A stretch of 64,000 bases of DNA from NCBI RefSeq assembly GCF_902713615.1, contig NW_024055852.1, forward strand, positions 1 to 64,000, given 5' to 3'. Position 1 is the stretch's first letter; every line of letters begins with the position of its first letter. Of the stretch, positions 12,039-23,414 are shown one piece after another. The notes under the pieces are model-generated. The model was not told the origin of the DNA and searched no databases. It saw nothing but the letters and a program-made list of their open reading frames with translations. This stretch comes from Scyliorhinus canicula. Taxonomy: Eukaryota. The position numbers and the translations under genes were made by a program.

Positions 12039-12588
12039 TGATAATCTGATACTTTTGCTGTCAGTCTGATCTCAATAAAATTTGAGACGGATTTGCAGGT
12101 ATCAATTATTGTTTATTTTAACCAGCTAGCTGGGGTAACTCACTCTATTGGGAGAGCAGGACACAACCAGTCTCCTGCCTCTTCAACAGCGAGTGAACAA
12201 AAAGGACAACACATTTCTGTACAGACACATTCAAGTTGCCTCAGATTTCACATACATACGACCAAATAAGGCAACAGTAATGAATGCAAAATTCCCACAG
12301 GCTATCCCTATACACTTCTTGACCTGGCCATATATCCTGATTGGCTCATTTCACATTCCTCAGCTCTGGGCTCACTTCACATTCTTCAGCCCTTGCGGGG
12401 GAGGAGGGTGGGGGGGGGGGGGGGGGGGCTCCTTTCACTCAGCATTCTCGTCCTAGCAATTACCCATCCTCCCCATCCAAGCCATGCTTTTCCCAGTTCC
12501 TTTGTTCCGGCTCCTATACCAGGGTATCCTCTACATTATCCCAACTAATCATCCCATTTTGTATCACATTCGTTTGTTCAATTCCTCA
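12039..12588 (-). repeat. ERV 5' LTR
   Basis: Direct repeat of 4158-4689, adjacent to the PBS. Confidence 0.9.
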
Positions 12589-13135
12589 GGTACACTGACG
12601 ATGCTGTTAGGGAGGGAGTTCTATGCTTTTGAACCAGGGACAGCAAAAATTCGGCGACATATTTCCAAGTCGGGTTAGTGAGTGATTTGGAGGGGAATTT
12701 CCAGTTGGTCATCTTCCCATGTGTCAGCTGCCTTTTCCTTCCTGAAGGAAATGGTCCTGGGTTTAGAAAGTGTTTCAAAGGAGATTTGCTGAGTTCCTGC
12801 AACGCATCTTGTGGATGGTACATTATTGCCTTTGTTCGTCGGTGGCAGACGGAATGAGTGTTTGCACATAGGGTGACAATCAGTCAGGCTGCTTTGGATG
12901 ATGTCGAGCTCCTTGAATATTTTTGGAGCTGCACCAGTCAGGCAACTTGAAACTCCTGACTTGGGACTTGGGAATTACACTCCTGACTTGGGACTTGAAG
13001 ATGGTGAACAGGCTTTGGGAGTCAGGAGTGAGTTACTCGCCGCAGGTTTCCAAGACCCTGACCAGATCATGTCACCTCAGCATTTATATGGCCAGTCTAG
13101 TACGTTTCTGGTTAATCATAACCCCAGGGTATAGA
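12589..13135 (-). mobile_element. Degenerate CR1-group LINE fragment
   Basis: gctgttagggagggagtt...ccaagtc motif recurs at about 21640-21780 and 53420-53470; no intact ORF. Confidence 0.55.
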
Positions 13136-13138
13136 GTC

Positions 13139-13571
13139 TAGACATAGAACATAGAACAGTACAGCACAGAACAGGCCCTTCGGACCTCGATGTTGTGCCG
13201 AGCCATGATCACCCTACTCAAACCCACGTATCCACCCTATACCCCCAACAACCCCCCCCCCCTTAACCTTACTTTTTTTTAGGACACTACGGGCAATTTA
13301 GCATGGCCAATCCACCTAACCCGCACATCTGGTTAGGTTAATGGGGGGATTGTTGGGTTATGGGTATACGGGTTACGTGGGTTTAAGTAGGGTGATCATT
13401 GCTCGGCACAACATCGAGGGCCGAAGGGCCTGTTCTGTGCTGTACTGTTCTATGTTCTATGTTCTATGTTCTATCTTTGGACTGTGGGAGGAAACCGGAG
13501 CACCCGGAGGAAACCCACGCACACACGGGGAGGACGTGCAGACTCCGCACAGACAGTGACCCAGCCGGGAA
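13139..13571. mobile_element. SINE family A (minus) with a same-family 3' tail (13331-13473, plus) nested in opposite orientation
   Basis: Host ...ccgcacatct|insert|tctttggactg; the two (gttcta)n tails face outward, giving an inverted repeat. Confidence 0.85.
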
Positions 13572-14111
13572 TTGGGGACAATTGGGGATTCCGTGATAAC
13601 AATAGCACTGAATATCAAGGAGGAATGGTTAGATTCTATTTTGCTGGAGATGGTCATTGTTTTGCAATTCCGTGGCGAATATTACGAATTGTCACAATTC
13701 ACATAGTTAAATAATTATATTTATAAATAAATAAATAATAATTATATCATCAACTCCCAACACAAATAGTTATATTCACCAAATATTTTCAGCATTTTCT
13801 TTTACAAAATGTAAATGCATTTAAGAGAGGTGGATTTGAGACCAGGAAGAGATCAGCCATGATGATTGAATTGCGGAGCAGGCTCAAAGGCTGACTTGCC
13901 TATTTCTGCTCCTAATTCCTAAATTCCTATGTTTAACATAATTTATTGAGATTAGATGTAATTGAATAGCATTGACCATTCTGTCACCAAGAAGTCACAT
14001 TGCACCGGAATTCGATGTGAAATGGAATTAAACCGCACTGAGGATAAAAAGCAGCTACCCCACAGCCTCTGCGCTGCTTCACAAGCAATTGTCTCATCAG
14101 ATCAGAGGTCG

Positions 14112-14428
14112 TAGAATTTACAATGCAGAAGGAGGCCATTTGGCCCATAGTCTACACCGGCCCTTGGAAAGAGCACGCGACTTAACCTCACACCTCCACC
14201 CCTTCCCCGTAACCCAGTATCAGGACATAACCTTTTGGACACTAAGGGGCAATTTAACATGGACAATCAAACTAACCTGCACATCTTCGGACTGGGGGAG
14301 GAAACCGGAGCACCCGGAAGAAACCCACGCAGACACGGGGAGAACGTGCGGACTCCACACAGACAGTCACCAAATGCCGGAATTGAACCCAGCACCCTGG
14401 AGCTGTGGGGCAGCAGTGCTAACCCCTG
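14112..14428 (-). mobile_element. SINE family A (diverged)
   Basis: Same body and tail as the 8641-8936 copy. Confidence 0.8.
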
Positions 14429-14690
14429 TGTATGACTCATTCGCATACGTAATCTCCAGACACATAACTGGAGTTTGAAATTATTTTTAAAGTGATGGTA
14501 GAAATTAAAGTACCTGTATCTAATGTGACGTTAATGAATCTTTAAATCCCAATTTGTTATTACACTGTTTTGGAAAGTAATTCAACGTTTGCAGCTGTCC
14601 ACTGAGTTTCACAGTATTTCTGTTTTTACATTAATGTGTTTTCAGTCTGGTGTCTTCACTAATTGGGTAGGGACACCTTGAGTGACTTAC

Positions 14691-15013
14691 ATAGAATTTA
14701 TAGTGCAGAAGGAGGCCATTCGGCCCATCGAGTCTGCACCGGCTCCTGGAAAAAGCACCCCACCCAAGGTTAACACCTCCACCCTATCCCCATAACACAG
14801 TAACCCCACCCAACACTAAGGGCAATTTATCATGGCCAATCCACCTAACCTGCACATCTTTGGACTGTGCGAGGAAACCGGAGTACCCGGAGGAAACCCA
14901 CGCACACACGGGGAGGATGTGCAGACTCCGCACAGACAGTGACCCAAGCCGGAATCGAACCTGGGACCCTGGAGCTGTGAAGCGATTGTGCTACCACAAA
15001 GCTACCGTGCTGC
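14691..15013 (-). mobile_element. SINE family A
   Basis: Full-length copy with tRNA-like head at the right end. Confidence 0.9.
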
Positions 15014-15459
15014 TTGTTGTACATGAAATGACGATATGCCCACAATATTACAACTATTCCTCCTCAATGTAATCATGTTCCCGCTTTGTCTTTGAGATGA
15101 AGATTCACCATCAGCAGAGACGAATTACCAGCACCGCAGGAATATCTCCAGTTTCCTTAAGCGATGCCCAGCTCGTCAGTTTCCGATAGTCTGGGGTTAG
15201 AATTCCCCCAGAAAAGCTTGAGCCACCGAATGTATTAGACTGACACAAATTATGAAGTACCAGCTTTAATTTGTGAAGTCGTCAAGTGCTAAATTGAGAA
15301 TGTAGAACAGCATCTTTCAGGACAATCTATCCATCCATCCATGAACCCCATTCACTAACTCCTTAATCAAAATATTCAGGGAACCAACCAACACCCATCC
15401 CGACATCAAAGTAGTACTCAGTTTATCTTTTCGGTGGATGGTGGGGAAGTGTTAATGTC

Positions 15460-15655
15460 AGGGGCTGGTTTAGCTCACAAGGCTAAATCGCTGGCTTATA
15501 AAGCAGACCAAGCAGACCAGCAGCACGGTTAGATTCCCGTACCAGCCTCCCCGGACAGGCGGCGGAATGTGGCGACTAGGGGCTTTTCACAGTATCTTCA
15601 TTGAAGCCTACTCGTGACAATAAGCGATTTTCATTTCATTTCATTTCATTTCATT
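15460..15655 (+). mobile_element. tRNA-derived SINE family B with (tttca)n tail
   Basis: aggggctggtttagctca...ggcgactaggggcttttcacag...gacaataagcgattttcatttca; further copies at 19321, 23137, 37698 and 54262. Confidence 0.85.
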
Positions 15656-16071
15656 GGACCAGTACTCCAAAGGCCCAGTCTAATTCTCTGGGGACACGGG
15701 TGCAAATTCTACGATGGCCGGTGTTGGAATTTGAGTTCAAATAATAAATCTGGAATACATATTAATGGTGACTATGAAATCCCCTCTGCTTCACCAATGA
15801 AGGAAATCTGACATCCCTCTCTGGTCTCACCTACCAGAGGCTCCAGTCGGGCAGCAACATGTCTGACTCTCCAGTTCGTTCTGAGCTGGCCCAGCAAATC
15901 ACTCAGTTCAAGAGCAATTAGGGACAGGGATCACATGGTGGTCTTGTTAGTGAGTCTCAGATTCCATGAATGAATAAAGGGGAAAAATATGAATATACAT
16001 ATTTACCTATTACAAAATGTACCCTCTGTGATAATCTACTTGTATTTCTGTCCATCATCACAATGGTTTGA

Positions 16072-16197
16072 GTTTCACCTGAGGAAGGAGCAGTGCTCTG
16101 AAAGCTCGTGTTTGAAACAAACCTGTTGGACTTTAACCTGATGTTGTCAGACTTCTTACTGTGCTCACCCAGTCCAACGCCGGCATCTCCACATCAC
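16072..16197 (+). mobile_element. Penelope-like pseudo-LTR fragment with minimal hammerhead motif (16075-16111)
   Basis: tcac-CTGAGGA-a-ggagc/agt/gctct-GAAA-gct-c-gtgt; the same repeat recurs at 53207, 58495, 60002 and 61500. Confidence 0.7.
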
Positions 16198-17304
16198 AAT
16201 GGTGTGAGATGTGGGAGAGATCCTCCAGCTTCTGAGAGGGGTCAGAGAAGCTGGATAACTCTCCTTTCCTTCGAGATGGGAACAGTTCACATAGGTTCAC
16301 AATTTAAAACATACAATGATCTCCAGTACTGTTGCTGGGTAGATTTGTTTATAAATAGTCCTCATTGACAATGTTAAGAGTTTGAAGTTGGCTTGCAGCC
16401 AAGCGGTCAGCACTGAGGAAACAGATCTTTGGAAACAAAAGCAGATGTTTCCTGTAAACAACATTGAACATTCGAGCCTCCCTGGCTGCAGGCGGCTGGA
16501 TTGCTGCCAAATACTGTGTGGGGCAGATTAACCTGAATATGAATGGATAAAAAATAATTTATAAACATTCGGTGGTCAGTAAAAGGAGCTGCAGTAATTT
16601 GGATGCTGAAGGATAACTTTGCTGATCGCCGCGTCCGTTCTGATTATTTAACTTCTCTGTCAAATGTTAATGTCAATTTTATGTTTTTCTGTGAACTCAC
16701 TGTTTATTTATGAGGCAACCGCTAATGTTCACAGAACTGTCTGAGGCTCAGGGGCAGTTTGAGATATGCCAGGAGAAATGAGGCCAGCATCGTATGAGGC
16801 CCTTCTTCTTGTCTCCAGAGCCACATTGTGCAGTGATAACCACCCAAACTCTAAACAGAATCACTTTGTTCATTCCCGCATTTAGTTACATAAATCAATA
16901 ACAATTCCTCTGATAAGTCATACATTATTGCTGCAATGGGATAGAGATCCTGAGTGTTGCAAATCAGACTGACAGACGCTTTATGCACTGATAATGTATG
17001 TTAATCTGTTTCTGTTCTCCTTATATTGGAGTGCAGAAATTAAGGGATTTAATTTACAATGGAATTAGCTTTTATCAACAGATGCTCAAATGTAATTTCA
17101 CCTTTAGGATGAGGAGAGACATTAAAATAAACCCATTCAGACAAACAAATATCCGATACAGACAAATGCATATTTTAATAATAGTCTATAGTAAATCTCC
17201 GGGTCCATTCTGTTGGGGGTGTGGAAGGTGGGACGTGGACCCAGTCGCCGCCTCCACCAGGGAATCAACAGGCGGCGCCTGGAAAGCCGCCCCCTTCTGC
17301 CGGG

Positions 17305-17312
17305 TATTTAAA
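17305..17312 (+). promoter_or_regulatory. TATA-like box of the VH promoter
   Basis: TATTTAAA about 85 bp upstream of the first leader ATG, in a GC-rich context. Confidence 0.5.
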
Positions 17313-17391
17313 TGCCGCTCACTGGGACCCGAATCCAACAGTCCGGGAGCTGGTTTGTTCACTGAGTTCCTGACACAACCATTTCCCCCAA

Positions 17392-17449
17392 ATGACCAGA
17401 AGGATGAGGTGGGCCATTTCTCTCAGTTTGTTGCTGACTTTCTTATCCC
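17392..17449 (+). CDS. IGHV: IgH V leader exon (MTRRMRWAISLSLLLTFLS; alternative ATG at 17404)
   Basis: Hydrophobic signal peptide typical of shark IgM VH; donor gtgagt at 17450, phase 1. Confidence 0.92.
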
Positions 17450-17577
17450 GTGAGTAGTTTTTATTGTCCAAGTCTCTCACTGTTACTGTCTCAGTGTTAG
17501 TCTCTCTCTGGAATGTTCCAGAGTCACCAATCATTTCACCAGCATTAATCCTCGGGCTTTTTGATATATTTTTACAG

Positions 17578-17900
17578 GTGTCCAGTCGCAGGTTGTGTTG
17601 ATTCAGCCAGAGGAAGAGACCGGGCGTCCCGGAGGCTCCTTAAGCCTGGCCTGTAGAACCAGGGGATTCACTCTAGACTACGCCTGGATGAGCTGGATCA
17701 GAGACATTCCTGGACATGGGATGGAGTGGTTGGTGAGCTACTTCGATTCATCTGAAAATGATTACGCCTCAGGGATGCAGAGTCGATTCACAGCATCGAA
17801 AGACACTTCAAACAATATCTTCGCTTTGGCCACGAGGAACCTGAAGGTTGAAGACACCGCCATCTATTACTGTGTAATATACTACAGCAGTCGTGGGCAG
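17578..17900 (+). CDS. IGHV: IgM VH exon with germline-fused D-like sequence ([12 protein letters not shown]...[16 protein letters not shown])
   Basis: Acceptor tttacag ends at 17577. Conserved Cys23, Trp41 and [18 protein letters not shown]. 27 nt follow the YYC cysteine before an RSS. Confidence 0.93.
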
Positions 17901-17928
17901 CACAGCAGTTGCAGTCAATGCAAAAACC
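17901..17928 (+). promoter_or_regulatory. Recombination signal sequence, 12-bp spacer
   Basis: Heptamer CACAGCA (17901-07), spacer gttgcagtcaat (12 nt), nonamer GCAAAAACC (17920-28). Confidence 0.9.
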
Positions 17929-18246
17929 CCTCAGCACTAATTGACTGAAGTTGAATCAGTGTTCGCTTTCACTGTCAATCTTTATTTGAAGTACAGTATT
18001 ATATATGTCCAGCACTGCTCAAATAAGAAGAATTAAGAAAATCAGAAAATTAAGTACCCATCACATGGTGATTCAATAATATTTTCATGCGTTACACTGA
18101 AATATACAACATGCGGGCCATGAATGAAGTGCGAACGGCATCCACAAGTGCAATCATAATCTCATGAAAATTCTTTGACGTTACTTCTCCGTTGGTTTTT
18201 GACTATTTATAACAATGGTGGACTTCTGTCGATTTTGTGCAGAGCT

Positions 18247-18285
18247 GGTTACTGTTTGACTCAATCCGGGGAATGTGACACCGTG
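18247..18285 (-). promoter_or_regulatory. JH recombination signal sequence, 23-bp spacer
   Basis: Plus strand: nonamer ggttactgt (18247-55), 23 nt, heptamer caccgtg (18279-85), directly before J. Confidence 0.85.
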
Positions 18286-18333
18286 ACTCGATCGACTACT
18301 GGGGACAAGGCACCATGATGACGGTGATTGCAG
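18286..18333 (+). CDS. IGHJ: JH segment (SIDYWGQGTMMTVIA)
   Basis: WGQG motif; donor gtaaga at 18334, phase 1, compatible with Cmu1. Confidence 0.93.
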
Positions 18334-19320
18334 GTAAGAACCATTCAATTATTTCGTAACTGTTTTCTCTGAGTCTTTGTTTTATATTTTTTTCTATTTT
18401 AACATAAATGCGAATGTGGTGGATTCTGTATTGAAATTTCCTTTTGAAACGTTTCCTGTGATTCTTCGGAAAAGGGTTGTAGAGCTGCTGTCACTTGACA
18501 AAAAGACACTGCTGAGCGATTCAGACCCTGGTTATTGTGGTTTGATGTTTATTTGCTGAGGATACTATGTGGCCGGGTTACTTTAAATACTGCCGTCTGT
18601 TCAAGCGTTTGGCGTTTTTTACGATATTTATTCTGGATGGCATATAATGGCTACAGGTTTTATCATCTACTGCCAAGGGTTTGAAATCTACAGTAACGAA
18701 TTATGTTACTTTCTCTGTTAATTTATTGAACCTGTTCCACTTACTCATAATGCTGATACGATAATTCCATATTTCTGTTAACTTTAACTATTCATTCACT
18801 TGGTGATAAGTGGATTTGGTGCGTCCTAAATTGAGATTTTCATGTAACATTACGTTTGATTCTGCTGATTGTAGAATTGATGTAATATGGTTGAGTTCCT
18901 CAGTGATGTGATTTTGTGTTTTTCTGCTGGGAGATTTTGTGTCTGGGTGATCTTGAATTGTTAAAATTTGAGAAATAGCTTTGTTATTCTGCCTTGTTTA
19001 AACTCGGTGATACTGAGCGGTTACATCTTTTCTGGTTGAATACAAACAGCCTACGTGTTTGAAACTGCTTAAGGCAGGATTGTTGGCAGCAAGCAGGCAC
19101 GTTTCAGAAAATAATAAAATCAACGTCTTTTAGTTCAATGTTTCTATTTTAACTGATGTTCACAGATTCAACTAAATAATGGTTTGCAACCCTAAACATA
19201 ACGTAATTCGTTCCCATATTAACAAAGTAATATTGCAAATGTTAGACGAAAAGTAATATAATTCAAACAATTCTAACTCCATTCGAACCAAATATTCTAA
19301 TGTTAATATCATTAATCATT

Positions 19321-19507
19321 AGGGGATGGTTTAGCTCACTGGGCAAAAGAGCTGGCTTTGGAAGCAGGCCAAGGTAGGCCAGCAGCACGGTTCAATTCCC
19401 GTACCAGCCTCCCCAGACAGGCGCCGTAATGTGCCGACTAGGGGCTTTTCACAGTAGCTTCATTTGAAGCCCACTTGTGACAATAAGCGATTTTCGTTTT
19501 CATTTCT
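19321..19507 (+). mobile_element. SINE family B in the J-C intron
   Basis: Homologous to 15460-15655. Confidence 0.8.
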
Positions 19508-22214
19508 TCTGATGTGCTCTGTACACAGTTAACATGACAGGAGAAGTTACTAGACTGGAAATATTTTGTGATTATTCCTGAAAGTGTTTCAACAACAACA
19601 TGCTGATTACAGCAGTCCTCGGGTTCACAAGATCTATTGAATTGATTGTTTTTCCCCGATTGCTTTTGCATTCACTTAAATGGCAGTTTTGCATTTCATT
19701 TTGGCAATATATGTATCCAGTTATTATATTCTTTCTGTGCAGCTGCAACAACATGATTCTTCACATCCATTTGTAGTTGGTTAGTGAGATAATTGTCATT
19801 AACCTAATCTTAACCAGTTTTCTGAGAGGTGGACGTCGCTGGTCGTGAAGGAATTGTTCATATGATATTATTTGAATTATAGGAATGTTCAAACTGCACA
19901 GGGCTACAGACTGACAAGTAAAAGCTTGAAATTCAAAGTGATTGATGTAATTACAAAAGGTGAATATTAGCTTTGCAATAAATATTAACATCCTGACGAG
20001 CAGAGCTGTGCTGTACACAGGATAGAATTATAGGAATTACATATGGCAGAATAGAAGAACAGGTTATTTCTGAGCTCACGCTTATTCTTGTTAAATATTA
20101 AATTGAAGTATAAAATCTCGACTCCATTTGCTCTTTAAGTTTCAGTGTCACATGTGACTTGAATGAACTGTTTCCATGTGTTTTACGCTGATTAATTAGG
20201 ATCTCCTTCAATTGAGCAATACTTTTAGTAATTAAGTTACAGGGAATGTCTGAGTTATTAAATCTCGGAAGCACGTTTATTGATCACAAACTGTCAGCCC
20301 CTTTATTTATTTATATATAGTTTCGAGCTGGGACAGCACAAAATCTCGAGAGTCTTCCTTTAACAAACAGATGATGTTGTACCCCATCGACATTTAGTGC
20401 TTTGTCAGCCCAGGTGAAAATATTTATAATGTTGCTCTCACAAATTTATTTTGTGATTTACTCTCTGGGAATGGGTGCAATTAACGATTTACCAATGTGT
20501 TCGGAAACATGCATATTGACTGTGTTTTTAGATTAAAAGAGGGCCATTGAAGTGCAACTAAATAAAATATTAAAATTTGATTAGATTTATGTAAAAGTAA
20601 TATATATGACTCAATGTTTCTATCCAGTAATTTAAAGGTTATTGTTTAACATTGTTTAAAATGTAATTAAACCTGGATTATTTCAAAAGGTTCCAGGCAT
20701 AAACAGGTTTTGGATTATTGAACAATATTTTTAATTATAGTTATTATAGAGTACAAATCTGCTCATAAGAAAACTAAGTGACTATTAATGAGAACATATG
20801 ATGCAATACAAATGCTAACTTTCAACATTAATGACCTACAGATTAGCAGTCAAAATATTCAAGGATTTAGAGAATATTTAATCATATCAAAATTTATTTA
20901 GAGAAAACTACAATGCTTTATGAGGCTGAGAGCAGCTCGAAAAGGTATTTTGCCTAGATTTTTATGATGATTATATTTAACTAAGTAATTAGATCAAATC
21001 AGGTATTCTGTTTTCAGTGTGAATGTTTTGTGGCTTGTTTAATTCTTACCATGTCACGGAATCTATGTTACGCACATTAAACTACCCTCAATCTTTTATA
21101 TTTGATGCCCAGTTTTCAAGTCACCGGACAGGGAGGAGAAATGGTTGAATGTCGAAAGGATTTTTGAAATGAGTATCAATTTAATTGCAAAGAGGTTTCT
21201 GAATTGCTCTTGCTGCACGTTAACCATTGATTTTTTTAACTGTCTCTGTGTGGAATGTGAAAGTTTGACTTGGATTTTCACTCGACACCTCAGCAATGAG
21301 ATCCCTAACCCATATTGCCAGAGGCAAAGAGAGAAGGAACGCCAGACAGAATGCAAAAGGAGATTTGTTGATTTTTAACCAATGATATATCTGTCTTGGG
21401 AATGTTCGACGAGGCAATGTAGAGGAAGAGTTACTCTTATTATATTCCATGCTTTAACAGTCCTTGTGCAATTGAATGGGGCAGTGGAGAGGAGGAAAAA
21501 TTGTCTTTCTCTAATTATTAATCCTGTCATGCGATGTGAGAGTCACTGGAAAAGCGACAGTATGCTGACTGTGCGTATTGCCTCTTGAGAAAGTGTTGAT
21601 TTCAAGCAGCCTTGAATTGCTGCAATCCTTGTGTAGTGCCCACAGTGCTGTTAGGGGGAGGGGGGGGGGGGGGGGGGGGGTTTCCATGATTTTGACCAGC
21701 GGTAATTAAGGAATGGCAATATTGTTTCAAGGCAGGATGGTGTGTGGCTAGGAAGGAACTTGCAAGTAGTGGGCCTTGTCTTTCTGGGTGGTAGAGGTCA
21801 TGGGTTTGGATGGTACGTTCGAAGGAGTTGGGCGAGATGCTGCCACTGTTTGCTTTTGGTGGAGGGAATGGATATTTAGAAGGTGAATAGGGATGAAAGG
21901 GAAAATGCTGGAAAGTCTCAGCAAGTCTTCAGATTCCAGCATCCGCAGTAATTTGCTTTTATCCAGTGAATAGGGACTAATTTGGCAGGTCCGTTTGTCC
22001 TGGACAGTACCGAATACTTTGAGGTTTTTTAAAATCCAGTTTCATTCATTGAGATAAGTGGAAATGATTTAGTCACAGACCTGACTTGTGGATGGTGAAA
22101 TGTCTTTGGACGATAGGATGTTTTATTGCTTGTCACGGGATCCCCAACCACCGGGTGGGTCTTGTAGCTACAGCATTTATATCCAAATTTGATTGAACCC
22201 TCCCCTGACCATAC

Positions 22215-22437
22215 TTTTTTTTAATAAAAATTTAGATTACCCAATTATTTTTTCCAATTAAGGGGCAATTTAGCGTGGCCAATCCACCTACCCTGCACAT
22301 CTTTGGGTTGTGGGGGCAAAACCCACACAGACACGGGGAGAATGTGCAAACTCCACACGGACAGTGACCCAGAATCGAACCTGGGACCTCGGCGCCGTGA
22401 GGCGGTTGTGCTAACCACTAGGCCACTGTGCTACCCT
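22215..22437 (-). mobile_element. SINE family A, poly(A)-tailed subtype, with about 12-bp TSD
   Basis: Flanks ccctgaccatac (22203-14) and ccctgagcatac (22438-49), one mismatch. Confidence 0.85.
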
Positions 22438-23136
22438 CCCTGAGCATACTTGATGGAACGTATAAATGGTGTTTTGTTTTACATCAAACCAATGGTGTAT
22501 CTCCACCCCTGCAGCAGGAGACAGGAGATTTGTGTGGAGGAGTGGGAGCTTACCCGGCATCCTAACCTGCCCTATGCCTGGCCTGGGAGTCTTTTCTCCA
22601 CAGAAAAGCAAATTGAATCAGCATCGAACTAACTGGCTGAGAGTTCCTGAGCCAGACATATGGAAATACATTGTTCTACTGTTGGGGGAAATGATGCACA
22701 ATAATTGATTTTAACAATATTTTTATAACATGCATCAATTTGAATGAAATAATTACGTTGAAACATTTATCAGTGTCAGAAGTCATTGAATGTGAGTGAC
22801 CTAAACATCAGCACAATTTCAGAATAAACAGGAACAGAAAGTGAGAGTAACGCTCCAGAGAGCAGCCGTCTGCTCTGATCTGACAGGAGGCTGCAAGTTA
22901 TTTTCACAATTTAAATGGACAATGACGAACTCCCGCTCCAAATACCAATCAGAATAAACTAATGTCTGAAAATATTGTAACGTTAAATTATTTAAAATAA
23001 ATTACCAGTCAGGAATAAGCAGGATTGAGATCCAATTGTCCAACTCGGTCACAACACAGAGCACAAAGTCAGTGGACTACATTTTTGTGAAAGATTTAAA
23101 TATTTGTCCAACCCATGGCCCGCGGAGCTTATTGTG

Positions 23137-23313
23137 AAATGAAAATCGCTTATTGTCACGAGTAGGCTTCAATGAAGTTACTGTGAAAAGCCCCTAGTCG
23201 CCACATTCCGGCGCCTGTCCAGGGAGGCTGGTACGGGAATTAAACCATACTGCTGGCCTGCTTGGTCTGCTTTAAAAGCCAGCGATTTAGCCTGGTGAGC
23301 TAAACCAGCCCCT
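23137..23313 (-). mobile_element. SINE family B
   Basis: Reverse-complement copy of 15460-15655. Confidence 0.85.
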
Positions 23314-23414
23314 ATTGTGCTCGCTGACTCACCCCACCCACTGTAAGAGTGGGTGAGAGTACATGTAGCGTTTGAGGATGAAGGATACTGAGAATATTGA
23401 GACTGGGGGTGGGC

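Larger units (their letters stand above)
4158..12588 (-). mobile_element. Endogenous retrovirus, decayed, apparently chimeric
   Basis: Two homologous LTRs with TG...CA ends on the minus strand, tRNA-Phe PBS, polypurine tract, and RT, RNase H, integrase and env remnants. No perfect TSD found. Confidence 0.9.

Noticed and set aside
16957-16964. Octamer-like TTGCAAAT as Ig promoter element
   Set aside because: One mismatch and about 430 bp upstream; shark IgH promoters are reported to lack the octamer.
17901-17948. C-terminal extension [15 protein letters not shown] of the V ORF as an extra-Cys CDR3
   Set aside because: This is the RSS and downstream spacer read in frame; it is deleted on D-J joining.
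18194-18202. Second nonamer-like ggtttttga upstream of JH
   Set aside because: No heptamer at 12- or 23-bp spacing.
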